DNA of 64,000 nt from Macrostomum lignano (lineage: Eukaryota), in contig NIVC01001747.1 in assembly GCA_002269645.1 (NCBI GenBank), positions 62,001 through 126,000 on the forward strand, written 5' to 3'. The notes beneath the pieces are model-generated. The model worked only from the letters and a program-made list of their open reading frames with translations, was not told the origin of the DNA and made no database searches. Shown piece after piece: positions 11,297 through 22,574 of this stretch (positions within the stretch are counted from its first letter, which is position 1; every line of letters begins with the position of its first letter). The position numbers were made by a program, and so were the translations under genes.

Positions 11297-12181
11297 ACTA
11301 AAATTCGATTATTTTATTTACTGCTGTTTCGTATTGATCAAAAACTATAAAAATAAAAAATTCCCCAATCTGTACTTCAGTAGCTGAAGTTGCTTTGCTC
11401 AAATGCGCTTGTAGTATGTTTGCTTGCTTTTTACAGCTCACAAATAGATTTAAAAATAATGGAAGAGTTTGTGCATGAGTTCTTAAACTCATCTTTGGTG
11501 TTTTCTGCCCCACAATGCTGCCTTCAAAGTTCCGCGTGGTGAGAGATTTTATGATTTTTCAGTTCACGAAACAAAATACCTTAGTGATTACCTCAATATA
11601 ATATGAGAATCATACAGTGAATCAACTGTAAAATCCCTGAAGACAAGAATAAAAGTACATAAAAGGCTGCAAGGTCACAATAACATCAAAGGTCAGCCGG
11701 CACTTCCTCAGCAAGCAGGCAGTCGCAGAATGGCCGGTGGCTGCCTGCAGCGCCAGCAGCGGCACCTCCTGAACTTCCGGCTGTGGGTGGCCGCTCGGCT
11801 CTGCAGCATCTTTTTACATCTAGAATGTCATTTACATCGGCATTCTTTTTACAGATAACTTTGCCTTGAGACATCAAAGCACTTTGGTGCAGCGAACACA
11901 CCGTAAGGATTCGATTCAAAGAACTACGAGCACTTAGTATTCCTTGAAGGATTCTCCTGTGCTTGCGGGTTTTGTGTTCAATGGATAGCGCATATTGATG
12001 CAGAACGTGTTGTGAGGTGTGAGGAACTCTAAGAAAACTGAATGCGAATTACCGAAAAATCCCAGTAAATAATCAAAATATCAAACTACATCCTACATGC
12101 TTTTGTGACATAGTGCTGGCCTCACTGCCGAAGTCAATCACGTTTTTCCACGCACTGTGTCTTCACCATCACTGACGCCAT

Positions 12182-12378
12182 GCCGCAATGCAGGGGCAGC
12201 AGGAAAAGGGCGCCAATGCCAGGCCGCACTGCAGGGGCAGCAGGAAAAGGGCGCCAATGCCAGGCCGCAATGCAGGGGCAGCAGGAAAAGGGCGCCAATG
12301 CCAGGCCGCAATGCAGGGGCAGCAGGAAAAGGGCGCCAATGCCAGGCTGCAATGCAGGGGCAGCAGCAAAAGGGCGCC
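12182..12378. repeat. 41-bp GC-rich tandem repeat, ~5 copies
   Basis: GCCGCAATGCAGGGGCAGCAGGAAAAGGGCGCCAATGCCAG at 12182, 12223 and onward. Confidence 0.9.
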
Positions 12379-12730
12379 ATGGCTGCGGTGCGGAGGCTGC
12401 ATTTGGGCGCCGGTCCTCAGCGGCTGTCCTGGCGGGGTTGCCAGAAGGGCAGCTCAAAATTTCAGTGGGGCCGCAGCAGCCCCTCAGCTCAGCCGCTGGA
12501 TTCGCCCCTGCTGTGGCCGCGTGCAGGGGCGAAAATGGCCGCGTGCCGCACTGCTCAAACTCAAACTGCAGCAGGATGGTGGAGACAAGCAGACAGCAAA
12601 AATTCTGTGTGTGGCAGGTGGGCGAGCGGTCAGCCCTGGCTACAGAGGAGACATGGAAGCTGCCAGAACAAAAAAGTGTTCTGCATTAAATTTTTTTAAG
12701 GTCAATAATAACTTTCAAAAATTTTACAAC

Positions 12731-13170
12731 GAAACTCGTGCTCAGATTCCAAAGTGAAACTCGTGCTCAGATTCCAGTGAAACTCGTGCTCAGATTCCAG
12801 TGAAACTCGTGCTCAGATTCCAGTGAAACTCGTGCTCAGATTCCAGTGAAACTCGTGCTCAGATTCCAATGAAACTCGTGCTCAGATTCCAATGAAACTG
12901 GTGCTCAGATTCCAATGAAACTCGTGCTCAGATTCCAATGAAACTCGTGCTCAGATTCCAATGAAACTCGTGCTCAGATTCCAGTGAAACTCGTGCTCAG
13001 ATTCCAATGAAACTCGTGCTCAGATTCCAGTGAAACTCGTGCTCAGATTCCAGTGAAACTGGTGCTCAGATTCCAATGAAACTGGTGCTCAGATTCCAAT
13101 GAAACTGGTGCTCAGATTCCAATGAAACTGGTGCTCAGATTCCAATGAAACTCGTGCTCAGATTCCAATA
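12731..13170. repeat. 23-bp minisatellite (GAAACTCGTGCTCAGATTCCAGT/AAT), ~19 copies
   Basis: Direct inspection. Confidence 0.95.
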
Positions 13171-13817
13171 AAGCTTGTCTCAGTTGTGAAGAATCTGATC
13201 TGAATCCCGGCTTTAAAGTGAGACTGAAATGGCCTATTTTAATTTTGCTATTCCGATATTCCGAAAGCGTTTTGGACACGATTTTCCTGCCAATGCGCAG
13301 TTACATGTACTCATTGGTGTGAGGGCTAAATGCTTTCTTTTATGTTTCCTCTGTCTGCCCAGTCAGCCCTCCCAATGTGCGGGAATGATTTTCCATTGTG
13401 GCCGCTGCACAAACTCGCATTAAAAAGACCCCACTCTGCCGTGCGTTTTTTTGCTCTGCTTTGCAGTCTGGTTTTTCTCTCCCAGCCTTTCCTCATTCCA
13501 ACCAGCGTTCGGTATTTCTGTAGCAGCCCGCCGCTGCTCTTGGCTAGAACTTCTGCCCCTCTGCCGTCTTCTGTCTCTTCCTTTATCCCAAGTATCAGTG
13601 TTGGCTTGCTGCAGAGCCTCCTGCCTGCTTTTGCGAGTTCCGCCTTCTCTGCGGCCTGGGAGTCTCTGCCTGCCGCTCCGTCAGCAGACTGGCGAGTTCA
13701 TAATCATAACTGGCGATCGGTGAGTCCTGCTCTGCCCTGCTTCAGTCTGCTAGGTTTGCATTGGAGTGAGCTGTTAATTGGGCTTGCGATTGCTCACTGA
13801 CTAAGAGTCACTATCTA

Positions 13818-13819
13818 AG

Positions 13820-13862
<43 letters not shown>

Positions 13863-13869
13863 CAGATAT

Positions 13870-13922
<53 letters not shown>

Positions 13923-13929
13923 CAGATAT

Positions 13930-13986
<57 letters not shown>

Positions 13987-13993
13987 CAGATAT

Positions 13994-14046
<53 letters not shown>

Positions 14047-14047
14047 C
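13818..14047. repeat. (GATA)n microsatellite with periodic GACAGATATA interruptions
   Basis: Interruptions at 13861, 13921 and 13985. Confidence 0.95.
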
Positions 14048-14441
14048 AGCACGGATGACGCTACCATTTAAACCGTGCCTAGTGAGGCTCAGATTGCTGG
14101 GGCAGGCGGTAGGTAAACAGGTTGAACATTTCAGCATAATCTGAATTTTAGACTGCCTGACCGGGGCAATAAGGGCGAACTGAGCTGCAGACAGCACCGG
14201 TGACTGACAGCTGCTACTTTGACAGCAGCCAAAGATCAAAGGTAAGATTCACCTCTCCATCTCTCCCTTCCTCTCTTTCTCTCTCCCTCCCCTTTTTATC
14301 TCTTCCTGCCTTTCTCCTTTCCGCCCCCTCTTTTTCCTACCCTCTTTCTCAATCCCATTTTCTCGCTCCTCTCTTTCTCCCTTCCTCCTTGCTTTTTCTC
14401 TCACTTTTAGCCTTTCACCTCCAATGCCGCTCTCCAGAACA

Positions 14442-17048
14442 ATGAACCAAAATCAAAGTCGCCATCAGTCCCTCACCACCGACAACATCACGCAAACTGC
14501 TCGACGCGCTGCAACCCACGGGAACTTTAACGACATCGTCGAGGCTACTTGCACTGCTGCAAGAATTGGTCACGTTGAAGACGTCAAGTTTCTCGTCTCA
14601 CAAATCAATGACCGATCAAACAGGGACACCTGCTGTAATAAAGCTGCCGAAAGCGCTCTACTTTATGGTCACTTTGAAATCATCAAGTTTCTAGTTCCAC
14701 AATTCAATGACCAATCAAACAGGGACACCTGCTGCATCGAAGCTGCCGTAAATGCTGCAGACCGGGGTCACTTTGAAATCGTCAAGTTTCTTGTCTCACG
14801 AATCAATGACCGATTAAAAAGGGACGCCTGCTGCAAAAACGCTGCCGAATGGGCTGTACTTCCTGGTCACTATGAAATCATCAAGTTTCTAGTTCCACAA
14901 TTCAATGACCAACCAAACAGGGAGACCTACTGCACCAAAGCTGCCGGTATTGCTGCAGACCGGGGTCACTTTGAAATCGTCAAGTTTCTCGTCATGCAAA
15001 TCAGTGACCAACTAAACAGGGACACCTGCTGCATCAATGCTGCCAAAAACGCTGCAGAAAAGGGTCACTTTCAAATCGTCGAGTTTCTCATTGCGTGTCT
15101 CTCGAGTCCGGATCAGAGAGCGAATCTCCGTTTCCAATGCGCAGTCGCGGCTTGCTCTCGTCTTCGCGAAAATGTCGTTGCCTCCCTCGAACTCGAGCCC
15201 GAATGGCTTTTCAAATACAGCTCCATCCTCAGCTTTACTGCAGCAAAGGCCATCGAAGGCAGAACCTCTGTTCTCACAGATACCCTCTCTCGAATGCAGC
15301 CAGATCAAATCACACACCTGCTTAACATCTCAATCTCTCAAAGACACGTCGCTCTTGCCGCAAAACTGCTCAATCATGAGCGATTCAGCACACAGCATGT
15401 CGATCTCCCAGAAGACAACACCGGAGCCACTGCTCTCATGCTCGCAGCTGATGCAGGTCATCACGAACTAATTCACAAACTCATCGATCTCGGCGCCTCG
15501 CTGCACGCTCAAGACACTCACGGTCGCACTGCTCTGTCACGAGCCTGCCAAGCCGGTCACGTGCGAGCAGCCAAGACTCTCATCGACAATGGAGCCGATG
15601 CCAGCCATCGAGACAGTCAGGGCCTCACGTGTGAGCAGCTCGCACAGCGATTTGAGCAGCGGCAGGTGCTGCGGCTGCTGAATCCCACCAAGTCAGTTGC
15701 TATTAGTTGCCATTCTACTTCCAATCACTTCGCTACCTTACCTCGCTTTTCTTCACACATTCCAGAAACCCAAAGAACCCGCAGACAGTCGCTCAACGCC
15801 TCCATCCGTGAGTCTGACTGTCTTCCTCCCTTGGGTTGAGCTTGGGCCACGCTGCAAATCCACCTCCACTGACTCCTTTCTCACCTCTCCACCCAGACTC
15901 TCAGACCACTCCGAGCAAGACCGCCGTCTCAGCGAGGAGCTGCATCGACTGCTCAGCGAGGCGGGATTCACCGAGCAGAGAGCAAAGTGTCAGCAGATAC
16001 TGGCTGACTGGCTGCAACAAGTAGCACAAGATGTCGCACAGAATGACAATTGCAGGCAGATGACGGGCAGCTACGCAGAGGGCTGGGCCAACAGTCTGGT
16101 GCAAGTGAACGGAAGGACAGCTGCAGACTCGGACATTGACTGGACTGTGCTGGTTGCTGGGCAAAAGTTCCATCTAGAAGGCGGCTGCGATGGACAAGAA
16201 AGCTTCCGGGATTCCTGCAAAGACGCCACTCCGCTGCAGGTCAAGGAGGGCCACGCACAGGTGCCAGTCGGAGCAGGTGAGTGACGCTCGGCTCCCTATG
16301 CCAATCCATGAATTGCTCAATCGATTTTTTATTCAATACGAAGTTTCTGAATTTTTGAGTTCACAAGTTTAACCTGAATTTAAAACCATTCTGAAAAACA
16401 TCCAGCTCTCATTCCACTTTGAAAAAAATTCTGGCAACCAATCAGGCAACTTGTTTGATTGTCTTTGGAATTGACTTCCAGTCCTTCAGTTACTTTCAGC
16501 CTTCTCAACAGCTCATCTCAACAGACACTTAGTGTTCTTTTCATTGTATTTCGTGACTATTTAAGTTAATGAGCACGAGGTAATATACGCCAGACAATCG
16601 TTGTCACGGACGGAGACCGCTGATTATTTATCCAATGTACTGCCTCAGCACCTCAGATGTTATGATTACAATGCTTACTATGCGCAGTACGTTAAAATTT
16701 GATCTTAAAGGAAGTTTAATAACTTTTCGCTTTCTCTCCCCATCATCAACCCCATAGCACTTTAACGAATACTTTGCTTCATTCATTGATTACAGTAGTA
16801 GCACTGACACATGAGCAGAACGAACTCAACCAGCACATTCAAGCAGTTTCAAACAAACTTATATTATTCACTCGCCATAAAGCCACTCTCCGCTAACTAC
16901 GCTCTGCAGGCAGCCAACCTGCAGTGACAGCCACGGCATGCGGTGTGCGGCCTGCACAGGACACATGCCATGCGATCCAGTGCTGCAGAAGTTTCTGCAA
17001 GGCCAGAATGATAAAACTGATTCCATTCAGTATTTTTGATGGTGATAC

Positions 17049-17082
<34 letters not shown>

Positions 17083-18629
17083 AATGATTATGATTATGAT
17101 GGTGATGATGATGATGATGATGATGACGACATTAATTATAAAATTAAGCATTATGGCAAAGTTCACCTCGTACGGGCGACCAGACCGAGCTCGACCAACG
17201 AGCTCAGAGTGAGCTTCAGCTTCCAAGAGAAAGATATCATGAGACGGCTGAGCACAGTCCAGGGCCAGTTGTTCACACTCATCAAGTTCATCTTCAAGAG
17301 ACACTTGCCGCTCACTCTGGACACACCTGGACTCAAGACCTACCATGCAAAGACTCTGCTCTTCACAATGCTTGAGAAGCATGGCACAGATCCTGAAACT
17401 GAGGCTTGGAAGCTCCACAATCTGATCGCTCTGCTCAAGGAGTCTCTCGACATGATGCTGAGCTTCATCGACTCATCAGCTCGCCCGATGAGTGCATGCC
17501 GCACTTCTTCATGCCCGACGCTCCGCTCTACTTCAAGAACGCTGGAATCGGCGGCGACTTCGAAAACACGAAGGCAAGGGTTCGAGACCGACTTTGTGAG
17601 CTGAGAAGCGACATCGGCGGAGTGGTCGAGCAGCTGAGGAGACTCGTGAGACCTCTGCAGTCAGAGAAGTTCTACTTTCACCCGTTCACTCTGCTACCTC
17701 TGACAGCGCCGCCTGCTGTCACGGAGATCAGGAAAGGAAGTTATGCTTCAGAGTTTTACTACAAGTTCGCAGACGTGTACAGTGTGGTGCAACAGTGTGT
17801 GAGCGAGCTGCAGTCGGAATCGAGCGACAGAGACACCCTGATGAGGCAGCTCAGTCTCCTGCATGAGCTGCAGTGGTGCAAGTGCGCCACCCTGTGCATG
17901 ATCGCCATGGCGCATTTGAAGTTCGGAGAATCTGAGGAGGCTGAGAGAATCGCGATGGAGCTACAGAGACATCAGGCTGAGTCAGGGTTGAGGCCACAGG
18001 ATATTCGAGACGAGAGTAGCGACTGGAGTATATTGATAAAATTGCAAACAGATTCAGACTGGGCGTGGAGGTTCTGCCTCCCCTGCGACTCTCCGCCTCG
18101 CTTCCCATTCCTTCCCGAGTTCACGCAGACTCTGTTCACAGCCAGACTGTCGCAGCCTCTCTCCTCCCACCTGTACGTGAACTTCCGCTGCCTGAGCTGG
18201 AGTCTCCAAGCTGAGCTGCTCCGCAATCGCGCACCTGCAGTCGCATTCGATCATTGGATTGAACAGCTGCTTGGAGACCCGGACTTGGAGGAGCTGCTCA
18301 CTCTGGCTCACTACAGCGACTGCCGCGAGCACGTAGAGCTCAGCCTGCAGCAGATGGAGATGATCGAGAAAGAGAGACGCGTCGCCATGGAGACGCAGGA
18401 CGAGGAGAAGATCGGCTGGGTCAGGCAGAAACGGTGGCGAGTTTCGAACCGCAGCGGCAGTGACAGCGGTGCTCACCGCAGCAGGGAAGATGAGGAGCGG
18501 AGGCTGTGGGCGAGGGCGAGGCTGCGGCGAGACGGCGCCGACTTGGGGCGCCTGGTTGCCATGGAAACAGCAGCGGAGCAGAGAGAGAGCTGGACTCACG
18601 CCAAGCTCAGTCGGATGAGACTGCAGTGA
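14442..18629 (+). CDS. Ankyrin-array + Mab-21/cGAS-like nucleotidyltransferase (cGLR) fusion gene, copy 2; exons 14442-15691, 15897-16276, 16910-18629, with one apparent 1-nt deletion at ~17475
   Basis: The ATG at 14442 is homologous to the copy-1 start (AGAACA-ATG). Donor AA|GTCAGT 15692 and acceptor ACCCAG|A 15896 (phase 2); donor G|GTGAGT 16277 and acceptor CTGCAG|GC 16909 (phase 1). Same NTase and Mab-21 motifs as copy 1. Total 3350 nt is one base short of a multiple of 3, and the sequence reads ATC GAC TCA TC AGC versus copy 1 ATC GAC TCG AGT AGC. It is either a pseudogene or carries an assembly indel. Confidence 0.8.
14604..15098 (+). repeat. Coding array of five 99-bp ankyrin-like repeats (cGLR copy 2)
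   Basis: Five 33-aa units of the same consensus as copy 1, with different variable residues. Confidence 0.9.
17038..17130 (+). repeat. (GAT)n microsatellite read in frame as poly-Asp within the NTase exon of copy 2
   Basis: Translates to DGDTDDDDDDDDDDDNDYDYDGDDDDDDDDD and is absent from copy 1. Confidence 0.85.
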
Positions 18630-19963
18630 TCTGAAGACTTCGTTGCTCTTGAAGTACTTTTGGTTTTCCTGGGGTGGTCTAGTAGGTCTTGAAATCCCAC
18701 CGCTGCCCCCAATGTTGTAGCTGTGCTTATCCTGCTGTCTAGCACAGTGATTTGGGCTAACCAGCTTTAACCGGAAGCCTTCTATTAGCTCTTAGTAGCG
18801 TAGGTAGTGCTGCCACCAGTTTTTTAGGTCTTGGCCTTTGATGAGGTGAGCTTCCCGTCGAAACGAAATAAACAAGTCAACGAACTCAGCACAGCGTGCA
18901 GATTTGCAGATTAATGAACAAGGCGTCCTGGTGGTCAGCAGATCCCACCGGGCTCAGGGGGTGGTTGGGAAGACAGTGCTAGCCTCCTTTAGGCTTGGGC
19001 GTCTAAGTTTAGTCAGGCCAATTACAGATAGCCTAAATGGGAAACTGAACTAAGTCTGGAAAACTAAAGACTAAAGAAGAACAAGAAGACTCCGAATCTT
19101 TGACTGAACCAAGGGTGAGGGGCACGTATTTATAGGTAGGAAATCCCCGCTGCGCCAGTGTGTGCCAGACCTCGTGACTCTGTTCTATTTTTAGAACTGA
19201 CGTCACCCTCCGCCTTAGAGAAGGCAGGGTCTGCGGGTAAAGTGCAGAGGGCCGCATGACTCAGTATCTATTTTTAGAAACAAGAGTCACCTATTACCTT
19301 AGAGAAGGCAACGGCCCCGAAGTACGTGATTCCTCCCGTAAACACGGGCAAACGAGCCATGTTAAACATGTTTACTGCACTTTAGGACTTCGAGAAAACA
19401 ATACTTGTCAGGTGACTTGCTCAGATTTATAAGTTTTGCTGGACCGGAATTTTAGACCCAGTTACTTAGTACTTTTACCGTTCTGTTTTCCTGTTTTCCT
19501 TACCGTTGTATTTATTTGATTCATAAGTTTTGTACATGCTCTTGGGTTATTGTGCATAGATCTTCCATTGTGGCTGACTCAGTTGCACTTTTAGGAAATG
19601 AGCACATCGAGAGCCATCGAGTTCCAGCAGCCTTCCTGCTGTGAACTGCAATTTTGTACATTTGTGCTGCAATTAAATTCACACTGCATGCTGAATTGCT
19701 TTTTCGGTTCAAGCTGCGTATCTGCTTTGATGTGGGCTTTTCTCTGCGATTTTGTTCTGCGGACTTCAATACCCAATTGCCAATGCTTTTAATGAAATAC
19801 TCGTATATAAGCCAAATGTACAGTAGCAGTTTTCTGCATGAAACTTGAAAATTTAAAGGTCGGCTTGGTCAGGGAGATGCTGGAGAGACTTGATGCAGCA
19901 GCTTAAGTTGAATTCGTAATTTTGTCAGCTTCTCTGGCTTTTGCGCGAGCTGTTTGAGTTGTT

Positions 19964-20212
19964 CACAGTCACCAATGAGTGAGTCACCAATGTGGCCTCA
20001 GCTTACAGTCACCAATGAGTGAGTCTCCAATGTGGCCTCAGCTCACAGTCACCAATGAGTGAGTCTCCAATGTGGCCTCAGCTCACAGTCACCAATGAGT
20101 GAGTCACCAATCTGGCCTCAGCTCACAGTCACCAATGAGTGAGTCACCAATGTGGCCTCAGCTCACAGTCACCAATGAGTGAGTCACCAATCTGGCCTCA
20201 GCTCACAGTCAC
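19964..20212. repeat. 40-bp minisatellite (CACAGTCACCAATGAGTGAGTCACCAATGTGGCCTCAGCT), ~6 copies
   Basis: Direct inspection. Confidence 0.95.
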
Positions 20213-20375
20213 TTCAAAAGCAGGTAACAAAGCCGCAGGTCGCCATGGCAACAAAGCATTTTATGTCCAAACTCGCGCCCCAGAGGAGCCGCGAGCGCCG
20301 CAGGTGCGCAGCCGCAGTGTTTCTTAGAAATTTTATTTCCGCTCTGACGCCAGTTAGAAAAAAGCACAGGGAAGG

Positions 20376-21060
20376 TCAGAAGCCGCCGCTGCCGCTGCCT
20401 GACTCGGGGTGATCACATGATATGTGATATGAGTAGCTAACCGAACAGATGAGCACATATGTTCCAAAGAAGAGAAGCAAAACGCAATTGCCAATCAAAA
20501 TCCTTCTAGCAGACGAGTAGCGGCCCAGAACGCTTCTTCTGACGCGGCGAGCGAGATGCTTGCGAACGGCTGCCAATAGGCACTCCTTGCCAATGGCAAA
20601 TCCGTAGTGCCGGGCCTTCTGTTCTGTGCTAAGAAGACCAGGGGCGACAGGCCGCAAAGGCAGATGAACAGGGCAACGAGGCTGAACCTTACGGGTGGGT
20701 CTCTTCCCCGGTCCAGCTGGTCCTTATCGGTGCTTTCTGGACCTGGCAACGCTCGCGCTGTCCTTCGGAAGCTCCTTTCAGCCAGTGACTGCTGCAAGAG
20801 AATCACCAATCACTTACATGTATATTCAATAATTGAATATCTCACCTTGGTATTTTTTATGCGATGTTGCAAAGCTATTGCAATGACTAGTCTGACTCAC
20901 CGACCCCCGCATCAGCTGCTCGACCTTCTCTCTCGTGCCCCTGGGGTCGCAAATGGCTCGCCTGTGTCTCTGAACCAGTTGGACAAGCAGGTAGCAGGCC
21001 TCGCAAAGCTCAAGAGTTACAAGCAGCTCCTGAACGTCTGGACTCGCACAGCGGGGAGTT
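20376..21060 (-). other. Possible coding exons of an unknown protein with a C-terminal hydrophobic helix
   Basis: GC-rich open blocks bounded by AG/GTGAGT and GTAAGG-like sites (e.g. DVQELLVTLELCEACYLLVQ...MRGS), and a terminal segment ILIGNCVLLLFFGTYVLICSVSY. No family recognised. Confidence 0.25.
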
Positions 21061-21612
21061 CTTCAAACGACAGTTTAAGTTTCACATCGTGATCCAGATC
21101 TCTGTGAATCTGAGCGCTTTTGGGACTCCCTTTCGAGCTTTCTGGTTCCATCTTCCACAGCCTCGCAGGCTGTGTTTGAGTCGATCTGTTCGCAGAAAGT
21201 TTTGTTAAGTTAAGGTGGTTCAGTCAGTTGTACGAGCACAATTTAGCAATTAATTATAAGTCATTAAGCATAATATTATATGTAATACAATTTTGTGACT
21301 GTGACTGTATTGGTAATAGGAATAGGGACTATTTGAATGCATTAGTGATTTGTAGCGTTATAAAAGGTTGACGGGGTGTAGGACGCATTACTCGTGGGCT
21401 CTTACACAAAGGGAAAGACAGAGGTGAGAGAATAGCTGCAGGACTTGAATGAATGGTTTCGAGGGCAATTGAATCATTGTCAATGCAAACATGATTTGAA
21501 CACATTTCATCTCACCTATCCACGACATTCTATTCGAATCGCCTTATTACATGCCATAAAAGTCCCTCGGTTGTTACTTCTGGGTTTATTGCGGGAGTAT
21601 AATTAAATATTA

Positions 21613-22290
21613 TTAAATAGTATTATCCAAATCGTTGGTTGAGTTTGGTGACAGTACTCCGAATGCCGCAATGTTTTCCTCCAACTTTTGAGCTGCACGA
21701 AGTGCCGCATCGTCTTTAAAAAGGTAGCCGTTCACTGCATCGCTGCGCCAGTCGCCGTTGCACCGGATTTCCCGGACCTTCATGCTGACCCTGGCTGCCA
21801 AGTGGCCGCAACTCTTTGCAGGATGTGCACTGAGTACTGATGCCAGCAGGGCTGAGACAGGTCTTAAAGTGCTGTGAGTCTTGACGTCTGGACTCTGGTG
21901 CTCTGATGAGCAATTGACGGAAGAAAACAGACCCTGCTGCGACAGCCTCAAACGATTGCAGCGGATGTGGTCCTGCAGTGCCGCAACGGGACAGAGCGGA
22001 TGTCCGGGTGTCAGTGCTGGCGGCAGCACGCTGTGCGTCCCCGCGGAACTGGTTAGTTTTCCGCAGCAGGAAAACGAGCAGCAGAACTTCTTTGCACTTT
22101 GACAGCGAGCTCAAACTCAGGCGGATCAACGCTGGATAGCTCGACTCGCTGGCAGCAGGCTGGACTTCCAGAACATTCTCCATCAGAGGTGCTCACGGCA
22201 GTAGGACACACTGTAGTAGGTGGCAGCAAGGCGCTCCCAGCGGCCCTGTAGAAGCAGTATGGCCCCACACTGAGTCTTTCCAATGCGGGG
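21613..22290 (-). mobile_element. Degenerate DIRS-type tyrosine recombinase fragment
   Basis: Motifs spread over shifted frames: KTNQF, HPLCPVAAL, and IRCNGDWRSDAVNGY, which matches the G-x-W-x-S-x-x-x-x-x-Y catalytic Tyr box of DIRS/Ngaro recombinases. Confidence 0.65.
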
Positions 22291-22574
22291 CTGAACGGGA
22301 TGAACAGAGGCTTGGGATCTGCAGGTGAGAAATAGAATAAATCGTAAAGTTAATCAATGCCCGAGCATGCCAGAGCATCAAATGTATTCAACTACTGTAA
22401 TTGACTATTACGTTTGCATAGGGGCGCATTGCGCAAGTGTTTTCTATAGGACTAGATACGCAGTTGTAAGGTGCTCAGGTGTGACAGCTAACATCCCAGC
22501 CAGAGCTGCTGCCCTATCACAGCAGAGTGAACTGCAGCTCAGCCTCAGCAGATGTGCCATAACAACAGCAAACA

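Noticed and set aside
12134-12757. Multiple 77-189 aa ORFs
   Set aside because: Generated by the 41-bp GC-rich tandem repeat.
9986-13170. 37-bp and 23-bp arrays as possible CRISPR arrays
   Set aside because: No unique spacers; these are pure tandem repeats in a eukaryotic context.
13801-14239. YLSI-repeat ORFs (also 55080-55319) and SQSV-repeat ORF 57441-58166
   Set aside because: Translations of GATA/TATC and CTGA microsatellites.
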